NCBI GenBank assembly: GCA_017542965.1 | Contig: JAFWEI010000008.1 | Location: forward strand, 16,920 to 80,919 | DNA: 64,000 bases | Reading direction: 5' to 3' | Origin: Loktanella sp. | GTDB lineage: Bacteria > Pseudomonadota > Alphaproteobacteria > Rhodobacterales > Rhodobacteraceae | Shown here: positions 38,452 through 48,081 of the stretch, piece after piece | How positions within the stretch are numbered: the first letter of the stretch is position 1 | Layout: every line of letters starts with the position of its first letter | Notes under the pieces: generated by a model | The model's input: the letters and a program-made list of their open reading frames with translations, nothing else | What the model was told of the DNA's origin: nothing | Database searches by the model: none | Program-made: the position numbers and the translations under genes

Positions 38452-39030
38452 TCACGGCAAATGATTGACCGCGCCCAAGGTCCAGCCTGCGCCATCACGC
38501 GCCATCTGTGTCACCGACAGATTGTCGATTTGATGCCCCAGCGCCTGATAGGCCGTGCTGCCCGATGCGCGCTGGATCTGGGTCATGATCACCCCCATAT
38601 GGGCGACCAGCACGATGTCGCGGCCTGCGAAACGCATGGTCAGATCATCGACAACGCGGGCGACACGGGCGCTGACGTCATTCCAGCTTTCGCCGTCGGG
38701 GGCGCGCAGATCGCCGGGTTCTTCCCAGAACCGGCGGCTCAGGTCAGGGTCGCGGGCGGCGACGGCGCGCCAATCCATCCCGTCCCAGATGCCGAAATCC
38801 ATCTCGCGCAAGTCGCGCAAATCGGGCAGGCGATGGCGCGTGCCGCCGATGGCATCCGCCGTGGTTGATGCGCGCTGCAGGTCGGAGGCCACGATCACCG
38901 CATCCGCCGGCAGATGGTCCGCCACGCGCCCGATCAGCGCCGTGTCCGACAGATCGGCAGGCACATCGCGCCAGCCGACAAAGGATTTTTCATGCGTCGG
39001 CGCATGCCGCACCCACCAGAGCCGCGTCAT
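38452..39030 (-). CDS. Histidine phosphatase family protein (CobC-like)
   Basis: WVRHAPT, SDLQRA, LREMDFG.WDG, PDGESW, VAHMG; coupled to cobU. Confidence 0.85.
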   Translation of the reverse strand: MTRLWWVRHAPTHEKSFVGWRDVPADLSDTALIGRVADHLPADAVIVASDLQRASTTADAIGGTRHRLPDLRDLREMDFGIWDGMDWRAVAARDPDLSRRFWEEPGDLRAPDGESWNDVSARVARVVDDLTMRFAGRDIVLVAHMGVIMTQIQRASGSTAYQALGHQIDNLSVTQMARDGAGWTLGAVNHLP

Positions 39031-39542
39031 TTCAAAACCAGCGGCAGGCCCGCCATCACCACGACCACGCGGTCGGCCTGACCCGCGATGGCCTGATTAA
39101 GCGCGCCCTGCGCGTTCCGAAACCGCCGCGCCAGCGCATTGTCGGGAACAATTCCCTGTCCAACCTCGTTTGACACGACAACGACAGGGGCCGCGCAATC
39201 CGCCATGGCCTGCACGAAAACGGCGCAGGCGGCAGGCACATCCTGTTCGGCCAGCATCACATTGGTCAGCCACAGCGTGGCGCAATCCACCAGTACCGCG
39301 CTGTGGGGTCCGTGCTGCGACAAGATGGCACCGGGGTCCAGCGGTTCTTCGACCGTGGTCCAGCCGGTACCGCGCAAATCGCGGTGGCGCGCGACCTTGG
39401 CCGCCATTTCGTCGTCAAACACCTGTGCCGTCGCAATATACAGCTTTTTCAAGCCACTATTGACGATCAGCCCCTCGGCATAGCTGGATTTGCCAGAGGC
39501 CGCGCCGCCTAGGACAAGTGTGAGTTTCGGCAATGGTGACAT
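39027..39542 (-). CDS. cobU: Adenosylcobinamide kinase / adenosylcobinamide-phosphate guanylyltransferase
   Basis: GGAASGKS, YIATA, RHRDLRG, VDCATLWLTN, VSNEVGQGIVP. Confidence 0.93.
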   Translation of the reverse strand: MSPLPKLTLVLGGAASGKSSYAEGLIVNSGLKKLYIATAQVFDDEMAAKVARHRDLRGTGWTTVEEPLDPGAILSQHGPHSAVLVDCATLWLTNVMLAEQDVPAACAVFVQAMADCAAPVVVVSNEVGQGIVPDNALARRFRNAQGALNQAIAGQADRVVVVMAGLPLVLK

Positions 39543-39553
39543 GAATATTCAAG

Positions 39554-39580
39554 TGATCCGTTTTCAGAATGCCTGCGTAT
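39554..39580 (+). promoter_or_regulatory. RpoE (sigmaE-ChrR)-type promoter of rpoH2
   Basis: TGATCC-N16-CGTA (39554-39559, 39576-39579), the layout I recall for Rhodobacter sigmaE promoters including rpoHII. Confidence 0.7.
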
Positions 39581-39632
39581 CAAAGACATAAAGAAAAGTT
39601 AATCCATAGCTCGACACACTGGGGGAAGAATA

Positions 39633-40511
39633 ATGGCTGTTACCGGTTTTTCTGATCAAACATTGTCACGCACCGCGATGCGCGCCGAATTGCTCGATGC
39701 TGAAACAGAATTGCGCCTTGCCTATGCCTGGCGCGACCAGCGCGACGAAGAGGCCCTGCACCGGCTGATCACCGCCTATATGCGGCTGGCGATCTCGATG
39801 GCGTCAAAATTCAAACGCTACGGCGCGCCGATGAACGATTTGATCCAAGAGGCGTCGGTCGGCCTGATGAAAGCCGCCGACAAATTCGACCCCGACCGTG
39901 GCGTGCGGTTTTCGACATATGCGGTCTGGTGGATCAAGGCGTCCATTCAGGATTACGTCATGCGCAACTGGTCGATGGTGCGCACAGGGTCCACATCGTC
40001 GCAGAAATCGCTGTTTTTCAACATGCGCCGCGTGCAGGCTCGTCTCGAACGCGAGGCCGCTGCCGAAGGGGTGCATCTGGAAACCCACGAATTGCACGAA
40101 AAGATCGCGATCGAGGTGGGCGTGCCGCTGCATGACGTGCAGATGATGGATGGCCGCCTGTCAGGGTCCGATTTTTCGCTGAACGCAACCCAGTCGATGG
40201 AAGACGAAGGGCGCGAATGGATCGACGCGCTGGAAGACGACGCACCGCAGGCCGCCGAAAAGGTCGAAAACTCGCATGACACCGACACGTTGCGCCAGTG
40301 GCTGGTCACAGCCCTGACCGCGCTGAACGACCGCGAACAATTCATCGTGCGCGAACGCAAATTGCGTGACGATCCGCGCACGCTGGAAAGCCTCGGGTCC
40401 GAACTCGGTCTGTCCAAGGAACGCGTCCGCCAGCTCGAGGCTGCGGCCTTTGGCAAGATGCGCAAAAGCCTCGAGGCACAAAGCACCGAAGTGCAATCCT
40501 TCTTCGCCTGA
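39633..40511 (+). CDS. rpoH2: RNA polymerase sigma-32 family factor RpoH2 (RpoHII)
   Basis: DLIQEA..GLMKAADKFDPDRGVRFSTYAVWWIKA; RpoH-box variant QKSLFFNMRR; SKERVRQLE; divergent from cobU. Confidence 0.9.
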   Translation: MAVTGFSDQTLSRTAMRAELLDAETELRLAYAWRDQRDEEALHRLITAYMRLAISMASKFKRYGAPMNDLIQEASVGLMKAADKFDPDRGVRFSTYAVWWIKASIQDYVMRNWSMVRTGSTSSQKSLFFNMRRVQARLEREAAAEGVHLETHELHEKIAIEVGVPLHDVQMMDGRLSGSDFSLNATQSMEDEGREWIDALEDDAPQAAEKVENSHDTDTLRQWLVTALTALNDREQFIVRERKLRDDPRTLESLGSELGLSKERVRQLEAAAFGKMRKSLEAQSTEVQSFFA

Positions 40512-40526
40512 TACGCCACATTGTCT

Positions 40527-40560
40527 TTCCGGTCGGTTCCGCCCTAAGGTCCGACTGGAA
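40527..40560 (+). terminator. Stem-loop after rpoH2
   Basis: TTCCGGTCGG...CCGACTGGAA 10-bp stem (one G-U pair); no U-tract. Confidence 0.4.
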
Positions 40561-40577
40561 TTGACCGGAGAAAGACA

Positions 40578-41771
40578 ATGCTGGCGGGCCGACATATTCT
40601 GCTGATCCTGGGCGGTGGTATTGCCGCCTATAAATCTTTGGACCTGGTGCGCCGCCTGCGCGATCAGGGCGCGCATGTGACGCCCGTGCTGACCCGCGCG
40701 GGCGCGGAATTTGTCACGCCTCTCAGCCTGTCGGCGCTGGCTGGGTCCAAGGTCTATCAGGACCTGTTCGACCTGACGGACGAGGCTGAAATGGGCCATA
40801 TCGAATTGTCCCGCGCCGCCGATCTGGTTGTCGTGGCCCCCGCCACCGCCGATCTGATGGCGAAAATGGCGGCGGGACTGGCGAATGATCTGGCCTCGAC
40901 CCTGCTTTTGGCGACGGACAAGCGCGTGTTGATCGTGCCTGCGATGAATGTGCGGATGTGGAACCACCCCGCGACCCAGCGCAATCTGGCGACCCTGCGC
41001 GGCGACGGCGTGCTGGTCACAGGCCCGGATGACGGCGTGATGGCCTGCGGCGAATTCGGCCCCGGGCGCATGGCCGAAGTGCCCCAGATCATCGCCGCGA
41101 TCAGCGCCGCGCTGGCCGATGGGCCGTTGCAGGGCAAACATATCCTTGTCACATCCGGCCCGACCCATGAACCGATTGATCCCGTGCGCTATATCGCCAA
41201 CCGGTCGTCCGGCGCGCAAGGCACCGCGATTGCCCGCGCGCTGGCGGGGCTTGGCGCGGATGTGACATTCGTCACCGGCCCCGCCGATGTGCCGCCCCCT
41301 GACGGCGTGCATGTGGTGCGCGTGCAAACCGCCGCCCAGATGCTCGCTGCGGTGCAGGCCGCCAGACCCGCCGATGCCGCCATCTTTGCAGCCGCCGTCG
41401 CGGATTGGCGTGTCGCCAACGCAGGCCACAGCAAGATCAAGAAAGATGCAGCCGGTCTGCCGCAACTGGCATTCGCCGAAAACCCCGACATTCTGGCCAC
41501 GATATCGCAGATGGGCGCAGGCCGCCCGCCGCTGGTCGTGGGCTTTGCCGCCGAAACCGATGATGTGATCGCCCATGCCACCACCAAGCGGCTGCGCAAA
41601 GGCTGCGACTGGATCGTCGCCAATGATGTCTCGCCCGCAACAGGTATCATGGGGGGCACCGAAAACGCCGTGACCCTGATCACCGATCAGGGTGCCGAAA
41701 GCTGGCCACGCATGACCAAAGACGCCGTCGCCGCCCAACTGGCCCAACGCATCGCGCAGGTGATCGCATGA
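40578..41771 (+). CDS. coaBC: Phosphopantothenoylcysteine decarboxylase/ligase
   Basis: [59 protein letters not shown]. Confidence 0.96.
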   Translation: MLAGRHILLILGGGIAAYKSLDLVRRLRDQGAHVTPVLTRAGAEFVTPLSLSALAGSKVYQDLFDLTDEAEMGHIELSRAADLVVVAPATADLMAKMAAGLANDLASTLLLATDKRVLIVPAMNVRMWNHPATQRNLATLRGDGVLVTGPDDGVMACGEFGPGRMAEVPQIIAAISAALADGPLQGKHILVTSGPTHEPIDPVRYIANRSSGAQGTAIARALAGLGADVTFVTGPADVPPPDGVHVVRVQTAAQMLAAVQAARPADAAIFAAAVADWRVANAGHSKIKKDAAGLPQLAFAENPDILATISQMGAGRPPLVVGFAAETDDVIAHATTKRLRKGCDWIVANDVSPATGIMGGTENAVTLITDQGAESWPRMTKDAVAAQLAQRIAQVIA

Positions 41772-42214
41772 TCAATGTGGTCTGGGACGCCGGTGCAGAC
41801 CAATCGCTTGGCCTGCCCCGCTATGAAACGGCAGGGGCGGCGGGTGCCGATCTGCGCGCCAATCTGCCCGACAGGGGGGTGGTTGACCTGCCCCCCGGCG
41901 CGCGCGCCTTGATCCCCACGGGGCTGCGGATGCAGATCCCCCAAGGCTATGAGGTGCAGATCAGGCCACGCTCTGGTCTGGCACTGAAACAGGGGCTGAC
42001 CCTGCTGAATGCGCCCGGCACGATCGACAGCGATTATCGCGGGCCGGTGGGGGTGATCGTGGTGAACCACGGGACTGATCCGGTGCAGATCACCCATGGC
42101 ATGCGGATCGCGCAGATGGTCGTGGCCCCCGTGGTGCAGGCGCAGTTCGCGCTGGTCGATACCCTGTCCGACAGCCCGCGTGGCGCGGGCGGTTTCGGGT
42201 CCACCGGCACATGA
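41768..42214 (+). CDS. dut: dUTP diphosphatase
   Basis: [36 protein letters not shown]. Confidence 0.97.
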   Translation: MINVVWDAGADQSLGLPRYETAGAAGADLRANLPDRGVVDLPPGARALIPTGLRMQIPQGYEVQIRPRSGLALKQGLTLLNAPGTIDSDYRGPVGVIVVNHGTDPVQITHGMRIAQMVVAPVVQAQFALVDTLSDSPRGAGGFGSTGT

Positions 42215-43278
42215 TTATGGTCGGCGCAATGGCGGCCGCCCTGTGGGGGATCGGCACGGTGATGAAAGCGCCCTATCCCGCGCGCTGGACAATGCTGGGC
42301 ATCCTGCTGGTCGGCGTGATGGTGCTGCATGTGGTGCTGCCTGCGGGCCATCCGTTGCGCATGGCGACGGGGGGCGATGCACGGCTGTGGGGTTTGCTGA
42401 TCGCGTTCGGGTTCATCGTCGCGGCCTATCGCCGTGGTCTTGCCCGACTGCGCGCGCGGGTCACGCCCGTCGCTGCGCCCGTGGCCCGCGCAGGCAGCTT
42501 TTCTGACACAGAGCTGAATCGCTATGCCCGCCATATCGTGCTGCGCGAAATCGGCGGGCCGGGGCAAAAGGCATTGCGCGATGCGCGCGTGCTGGTCGTG
42601 GGGGCAGGCGGGCTGGGTGCGCCAGCCTTGCAATATCTGGCCGCCGCCGGTGTCGGCACCATCGGGGTGATCGACGATGATACGGTCGAGAATGCGAACC
42701 TGCAGCGGCAGGTGATCCATCCCGACAAGAATATCGGCATGCCCAAGGTCCATTCCGCCGCCGCCGCGATGGTGGCGCAGAACCCCTTTGTGACCGTGCG
42801 CCCCTATCACCGGCGGCTGACGGCCGATATCGCGGCCGCGCTTTGCGCCGAATACGATCTGGTGCTGGATGGCAGCGACAATTTCACGACCCGCTATCTG
42901 GTCAACGCAACCGCCGTGGCCCAAGGCATCCCGCTGATCGCCGCCGCCCTGACGCAATGGGAAGGGCAGATCAGCCTTTATGACCCCGCCCGTGGCACCC
43001 CCTGCTATGCCTGCGTCTTCCCGCAAGCGCCCGATCCCGCGCTGGTGCCTTCCTGCGCCGAGGCGGGCGTGCTTGGTCCGCTGCCCGGTGTGATCGGCGC
43101 GATGATGGCGGTCGAGGCGATCAAACAGATCACGCAGGCAGGGGACGGGCTGGCCGGTCGTCTGCTGATCTATGACGCGCTTTATGCCCAGACCCGGACC
43201 ATCGCGATCAAACCGCAACCCGATTGTCCGGTCTGCGCCGGCAAGGGTCTGACACTATCGACAGGAGTTTCGCCATGA
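42211..43278 (+). CDS. HesA/MoeB/ThiF family adenylyltransferase with N-terminal membrane extension
   Basis: [47 protein letters not shown]; about 90-aa hydrophobic N-terminus. Confidence 0.9.
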   Translation: MIMVGAMAAALWGIGTVMKAPYPARWTMLGILLVGVMVLHVVLPAGHPLRMATGGDARLWGLLIAFGFIVAAYRRGLARLRARVTPVAAPVARAGSFSDTELNRYARHIVLREIGGPGQKALRDARVLVVGAGGLGAPALQYLAAAGVGTIGVIDDDTVENANLQRQVIHPDKNIGMPKVHSAAAAMVAQNPFVTVRPYHRRLTADIAAALCAEYDLVLDGSDNFTTRYLVNATAVAQGIPLIAAALTQWEGQISLYDPARGTPCYACVFPQAPDPALVPSCAEAGVLGPLPGVIGAMMAVEAIKQITQAGDGLAGRLLIYDALYAQTRTIAIKPQPDCPVCAGKGLTLSTGVSP

Positions 43279-45296
43279 CCAACCCGCTGCTGACCGACTG
43301 GAACACGCCCTTTGGCCTGCCGCCTTTTGGCGCGATCTCGGATGATGATTTCGCACCCGCAGTGGATGCCGCACTGGCCCTGTCCCGCGCCAATATCGCG
43401 GCGATTGCGGATGACCCCGACGCGCCCGATTTCGCCAATACGATCGCGGCGCTGGAACAGGCCGATGCCACGCTGAACCGCGTGCTGGGCGCGTTCTACA
43501 GCCTTGCAGGGGCTGACAGCACCCCTGCGCGCGACGCCTTGCAGCGCGATTTCGCGCCCTTGCTCAGCGCCTATTCTTCCGAGATTTCGGAAAACAAGGC
43601 GCTGTTCGCGCGGATCGAGGCGCTCTGGGCCGCCCGCGACACCCTCGATCTGACCGCCGAACAACAGCGCGTGCTGATGCTGACGCGGCGCGGCTTTGTG
43701 CGCGGGGGGGCCTTGCTGGATGGGGATGCCGCCGCCCGCCTGCGTGCGGTCAAATCGCGGCTGTCCGTGCTGGGCACGCAATTCGTGCAAAACCTATTGG
43801 CCGATGAACGCGACTGGGTGATGCCGCTGGGGCCGGATGATCTGGGCGGGCTGCCCGATTTCGTGCTGGCGACAGCGCGTGCCGCAGGGGCCGAAAAAGG
43901 CGCGGACGGTCCGGTCGTGACCCTGTCGCGGTCGCTGATCGTGCCATTCCTGCAATTTTCCGACCGGCGCGATTTGCGGCAAAAGGCATACCTCGCCTGG
44001 GGCGCGCGCGGGGCCAATGGCGGGGCCACAGACAACCGCGCGATTGCTGCCGAAACGCTGGCCTTGCGGCAGGAACGCGCGGCGATCTTGGGCTATGCCA
44101 GCTTTGCCGATTTCAAACTCGAAACCGAAATGGCGGGCAATCCTGCGGCGGTGCGCGATCTGTTGATGCAGGTCTGGCACCCCGCCAAAGCCGCCGCCGA
44201 AGCCGATGCCGCCGTGCTGGCCGATATGCTGCAGGGTGATGGGCATGCAGGCCCGCTAGAGCCATGGGACTGGCGCTACTATTCCGAAAAACGCCGCCGC
44301 GCGCTGCATGATCTGGATGAGGCGGAACTCAAACCCTACCTGCAACTCGACCGGATGATCGCCGCGGCCTTTGCCTGTGCCAGCCGGCTGTTCGGGCTGG
44401 ATTTCACCCCCATCGACGGCCCCGTCTACCATGCGGATGTGCGGATCTGGGAGGTCACGCGCAATGGTGCGCATGTCGCGGTGTTCATCGGCGATTACTT
44501 CGCGCGCGGATCAAAACGGTCCGGCGCGTGGTGTTCGGCGATGCGGTCACAAAAACGGCTGGGCGGCGATACCCGCCCGCATGTGATCAACGTGTGCAAC
44601 TTCGCCAAACCCGAGGCGGGCAAACCCGCGCTTTTGTCCTTTGACGACGCGCGTACGCTGTTTCACGAATTCGGCCATGCGTTGCACCAGATGCTGTCGG
44701 ATGTGACCTATGAAAGCATCAGCGGCACATCCGTCGCGCGCGATTTCGTGGAATTGCCCAGCCAGCTTTATGAACACTGGCTCAGCGTCCCCGCCGTGCT
44801 GTCCGAATTCGCGACCCATGCCGATACGGGGGCTACGATGCCAGCTGACCTGCTGCAACGGATGCTGGGGGCGGCAAATTACGACATGGGTTTCCAGACG
44901 GTCGAATATGTGGCCTCGGCGCTGGTCGATCTGGGCTTCCACGACGGGCCGGCCCCCGCCGATCCGATGCAACGGCAGGCGGAAATCCTTACCGAAATCG
45001 GCATGCCGCGCGCCATCGGCATGCGCCACGCGACCCCGCATTTCGCGCATGTCTTTGCCGGTGACGGCTATTCCAGCGGCTATTACAGCTACATGTGGTC
45101 CGAGGTGATGGACGCCGACGCCTTCGCCGCATTCGAGGAAGCAGGCGATCCCTTCGATCCTGCCACCGCCGTCAAGCTGGAAAAAACCGTGCTGTCGTCC
45201 GGCGGATCGGTCGATGCCGCCGCCCTTTATACCGCCTTTCGTGGCCGGATGCCGGGGGTGGATGCCTTGCTGAAAGGGCGCGGTCTGGCTGCCTGA
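43275..45296 (+). CDS. dcp: M3 family metallopeptidase (peptidyl-dipeptidase Dcp)
   Basis: MTNPLL, KRSGAW, FHEFGHALH, DFVELPSQLYEHW, GYSSGYYSYMWSEV; start moved to 43275. Confidence 0.92.
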   Translation: MTNPLLTDWNTPFGLPPFGAISDDDFAPAVDAALALSRANIAAIADDPDAPDFANTIAALEQADATLNRVLGAFYSLAGADSTPARDALQRDFAPLLSAYSSEISENKALFARIEALWAARDTLDLTAEQQRVLMLTRRGFVRGGALLDGDAAARLRAVKSRLSVLGTQFVQNLLADERDWVMPLGPDDLGGLPDFVLATARAAGAEKGADGPVVTLSRSLIVPFLQFSDRRDLRQKAYLAWGARGANGGATDNRAIAAETLALRQERAAILGYASFADFKLETEMAGNPAAVRDLLMQVWHPAKAAAEADAAVLADMLQGDGHAGPLEPWDWRYYSEKRRRALHDLDEAELKPYLQLDRMIAAAFACASRLFGLDFTPIDGPVYHADVRIWEVTRNGAHVAVFIGDYFARGSKRSGAWCSAMRSQKRLGGDTRPHVINVCNFAKPEAGKPALLSFDDARTLFHEFGHALHQMLSDVTYESISGTSVARDFVELPSQLYEHWLSVPAVLSEFATHADTGATMPADLLQRMLGAANYDMGFQTVEYVASALVDLGFHDGPAPADPMQRQAEILTEIGMPRAIGMRHATPHFAHVFAGDGYSSGYYSYMWSEVMDADAFAAFEEAGDPFDPATAVKLEKTVLSSGGSVDAAALYTAFRGRMPGVDALLKGRGLAA

Positions 45297-45299
45297 CCT

Positions 45300-45364
45300 C
45301 ATCGTTCGAGCCCAAGTATCCCGGGGGGGCCCCGGACTTGGTCCGGGGCGGGGGCAGCGCCCCC
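45300..45364 (-). repeat. Composite variant of the repeat: two GC hairpins plus the conserved right module
   Basis: Minus strand: GGGGGC-GCT-GCCCCC, CCCCGGAC-CAA-GTCCGGGG, then GGGATACTTGGGCTCGAACGATG (3 mismatches to the consensus right part). Confidence 0.75.
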
Positions 45365-45371
45365 TGCACCC

Positions 45372-46280
45372 TCAGCGGCGGGGATCTTCGGGGTGCCGTT
45401 CCACGTCTACTGGGTCCTTGTGGATCAACACATCGGCACGCGGATAGGCCGCGATAATCTCGCGGCGCAGGCGCGCGCCGATGGCATGGGCCTGATCCAG
45501 CGATTGCGCCCCGTCCAGTTCGATATGCAGGTTCACGAAAACACGGCTGCCCGCGACGCGGGTTTTCAGGTCATGATGCCCGCGCACGCCGTCGCAACCA
45601 TCAACGATCTGCCGGATGCCCGCGATCATCGCGGGATCAGCCTGACGGTCCATCAGCGCGTCCCAGGCCCCCTTGCCGATCCGCAGCGCACCGACCGCCA
45701 GAAACGCCGCCGCCCCCAGCGCCACGACGCTGTCGATCTGGAACAGCCCGAACCGCGCCGCGGCCCAAAGCGCCACAATCGCCCCGATATTGGGGATCAG
45801 ATCGCCCATGTAATGCAGGCTGTCGGCCAGCACGACCTTGTTGCCGGTGCGGCGCGCGACATGGCGCTGCCATGTCACCAATCCCAGCGTCACGATGATG
45901 GAAAACAGCATGACGCCGATCCCAAGTCCTTCAGATTTCGGCATGGCGGTGGTGTCGTCCAGCAGGCGCAGCACGGCGGCCACCGCGATCACCCCGGCCG
46001 AGACAAGGATGAACAGGGACTGGCCCAGTGCCGCCAGATCCTCTGCCGAGGTATGGCCGAAATTATGGTCGTCATCGGCGGGTTTGGCGGCATAGGCGAT
46101 GGCGGCCAGACCGCCCAGCGACATCATCAGGTCAAGCGCGCTATCCGCCAAGGTCGCGGCCACCGCCAGCGATCCGGTTTCCGCCAGCGCCCACAGCTTG
46201 GCCGCGACCAGCACAGCCGCGACCGTCACGGACAAAAGCCCGGCAGACAGGTTCAGGCGGGTGTCATGTGGCGCGTTCAT
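45372..46280 (-). CDS. fieF: Cation diffusion facilitator family transporter (FieF-like)
   Basis: ADSALD, PADDDHNFGHTSAE, ADSLHYMGD, DLKTR, DVLIHKDP. Confidence 0.88.
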   Translation of the reverse strand: MNAPHDTRLNLSAGLLSVTVAAVLVAAKLWALAETGSLAVAATLADSALDLMMSLGGLAAIAYAAKPADDDHNFGHTSAEDLAALGQSLFILVSAGVIAVAAVLRLLDDTTAMPKSEGLGIGVMLFSIIVTLGLVTWQRHVARRTGNKVVLADSLHYMGDLIPNIGAIVALWAAARFGLFQIDSVVALGAAAFLAVGALRIGKGAWDALMDRQADPAMIAGIRQIVDGCDGVRGHHDLKTRVAGSRVFVNLHIELDGAQSLDQAHAIGARLRREIIAAYPRADVLIHKDPVDVERHPEDPRR

Positions 46281-46325
46281 GCGCGGTGCTTAGGCAATCA
46301 TGGCGCCGCTGGCAATGCGCAGCGC

Positions 46326-46826
46326 TCAGTCGCGCAATTCTTCCAGCGTGACGCCCCAGATGTCCGATTTCGGCACCCAGCCGCGATAGCCGCCCGCGTT
46401 CAGCTGGCACCAGTCGGGTTCACACTGGCCCAGCCGCGCGATCACGCCCTGTTCCAGAATGGCGTTTTCGGGTGCCGCAGGGTCGGGCCGCGCGCGCAGG
46501 GGGGTGGGGGTTTCATTGACCAGCACCGTGCGTGCGCCCGACAGCAAGGTATAGTGAATCCACCCGCCCTGCCCGTCGCGGTCGATCACCCGCCGCCATT
46601 GGCCATATTCCGCGACCAGTTGCAGCGGCATGTTGCGGCGTTTGAACACCCAGTCGATCCGGTGCGACAGCGACGGGCCACGGCGCACATTCGCCTCGCC
46701 CGCGTTCAGCGACACGAAACGCGGCACCGGCAGGTTGGTTTCCGGCCCGATGGCGGGGCCGTCGCTGGCCTCTTGCGCGACAGCGGCGGCACCGGCCAGC
46801 AACATGGCGCAAAGGGCCATGCGCAT
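46326..46826 (-). CDS. SH3-domain periplasmic protein
   Basis: Signal peptide; GPETNLPVPRFVSL, NVRRGPS, EYGQWRR, GWIHYTLLSG; second SH3 repeat; start moved to 46826. Confidence 0.85.
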   Translation of the reverse strand: MRMALCAMLLAGAAAVAQEASDGPAIGPETNLPVPRFVSLNAGEANVRRGPSLSHRIDWVFKRRNMPLQLVAEYGQWRRVIDRDGQGGWIHYTLLSGARTVLVNETPTPLRARPDPAAPENAILEQGVIARLGQCEPDWCQLNAGGYRGWVPKSDIWGVTLEELRD

Positions 46827-46962
46827 CACGCGGGACCACCGGACGAAACTGTTCATTTTCTGCCTTTTATGCCCGTTTCGGGCGCGCCGTTCTTGTGCTG
46901 CGCGTCCCTTTCGCGCAACCTGCCACGCAGGACCGGATTTGAAAAGCCAAGAGGGACGCCCC

Positions 46963-47949
46963 ATGCCAGGAAAGCATCTTACTGTTGTCGTCACGCGACA
47001 ATTGCCGCAGCAGGTGGAAACCCGGCTGAAGGAATTGTTCGACGTGCAATTGCGCGACAGTGACGCGCCGATGACGCCGGACGAACTGGTCGATGCGATG
47101 CAATCCGCCGATGTGTTGGTGCCGACGATCACTGACCAGATCGATGCGAAAATCCTTGCGCGGGCGGGCGACAGGATCAAGCTGATCGCCAATTACGGCG
47201 CAGGCGTGGACCATATCGATGTGGCCACCGCGCGCCAGCGTGGCATCCATGTGTCCAACACGCCCGGCGTGATGACCGATGACACCGCCGATATGGTGAT
47301 GGCGCTGATCCTTGGCGTCACCCGCCGGATGGGCGAGGGGATCAAGCTGGCCGAATCCGATGGCTGGCAAGGCTGGTCACCCACCGCCATGCTGGGTGGC
47401 CGGATCAAGGGGCGGCGTCTGGGCATCCTTGGCATGGGCCGGATCGGGCAGGCGGTCGCGCGCCGCGCCACCGCCTTTGGCCTGCAGGTCCATTACCACA
47501 ACCGCCGCCGCCTGCGCCCTGAGGTGGAACAGGCGCTGGATGCCACCTATTGGGAAAGCCTTGACCAGATGGTCGCGCGTATGGACATTTTGTCGGTCAA
47601 CTGCCCGCATACCCCGTCCACCTTTCATCTGATGAACGCGCGGCGGTTGAAGCTGATGAAACCCTCTGCCGTGATCGTGAACACGTCGCGCGGCGAGGTG
47701 ATCGACGAAAACGCCCTGACGCGGATGCTGCGCGCGGGCGAAATCGCAGGGGCGGGGCTGGATGTGTTCGAACGCGGCCATCTGATCAATCCGCGTCTGA
47801 AAGAACTGCCCAACGCGATCCTTTTGCCGCATATGGGGTCGGCCACGCTCGAAGGCCGGGTCGAGATGGGCGAGAAAGTCATCCTCAACATCAAGACCTT
47901 TGCCGATGGGCATCGCCCGCCCGATCTGGTTGTGCCCAGCATGTTGTGA
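46963..47949 (+). CDS. D-isomer-specific 2-hydroxyacid dehydrogenase (glyoxylate/hydroxypyruvate reductase-like)
   Basis: GAGVDHID, NTPGV, GMGRIG, NTSRG, LDVFE, PHMGSAT; start moved to 46963. Confidence 0.92.
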   Translation: MPGKHLTVVVTRQLPQQVETRLKELFDVQLRDSDAPMTPDELVDAMQSADVLVPTITDQIDAKILARAGDRIKLIANYGAGVDHIDVATARQRGIHVSNTPGVMTDDTADMVMALILGVTRRMGEGIKLAESDGWQGWSPTAMLGGRIKGRRLGILGMGRIGQAVARRATAFGLQVHYHNRRRLRPEVEQALDATYWESLDQMVARMDILSVNCPHTPSTFHLMNARRLKLMKPSAVIVNTSRGEVIDENALTRMLRAGEIAGAGLDVFERGHLINPRLKELPNAILLPHMGSATLEGRVEMGEKVILNIKTFADGHRPPDLVVPSML

Positions 47950-48081
47950 TTGACGCCTGATCCTATCGCGCCTTTGACGCAACGCCTGTCGCAATTAGAC
48001 GACAAGGCGTCGGCTGGTTCTGTCGCGCCTTGCTGGTTTCAAGCAGATTGCACCCAAAGCAGCGCCGAGGGAATCGTCAGC

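Noticed and set aside
39543-39632. Cobalamin riboswitch upstream of cobU
   Set aside because: The gap is only 90 nt and has no B12-box; it is occupied by the rpoH2 promoter.
47950-48081. Possible riboswitch upstream of the GcvT-family gene (hairpin CAAGGCG...CGCCTTG at 48004-48032)
   Set aside because: No glycine- or THF-aptamer core recognisable; a single hairpin is better explained as a terminator or chance.
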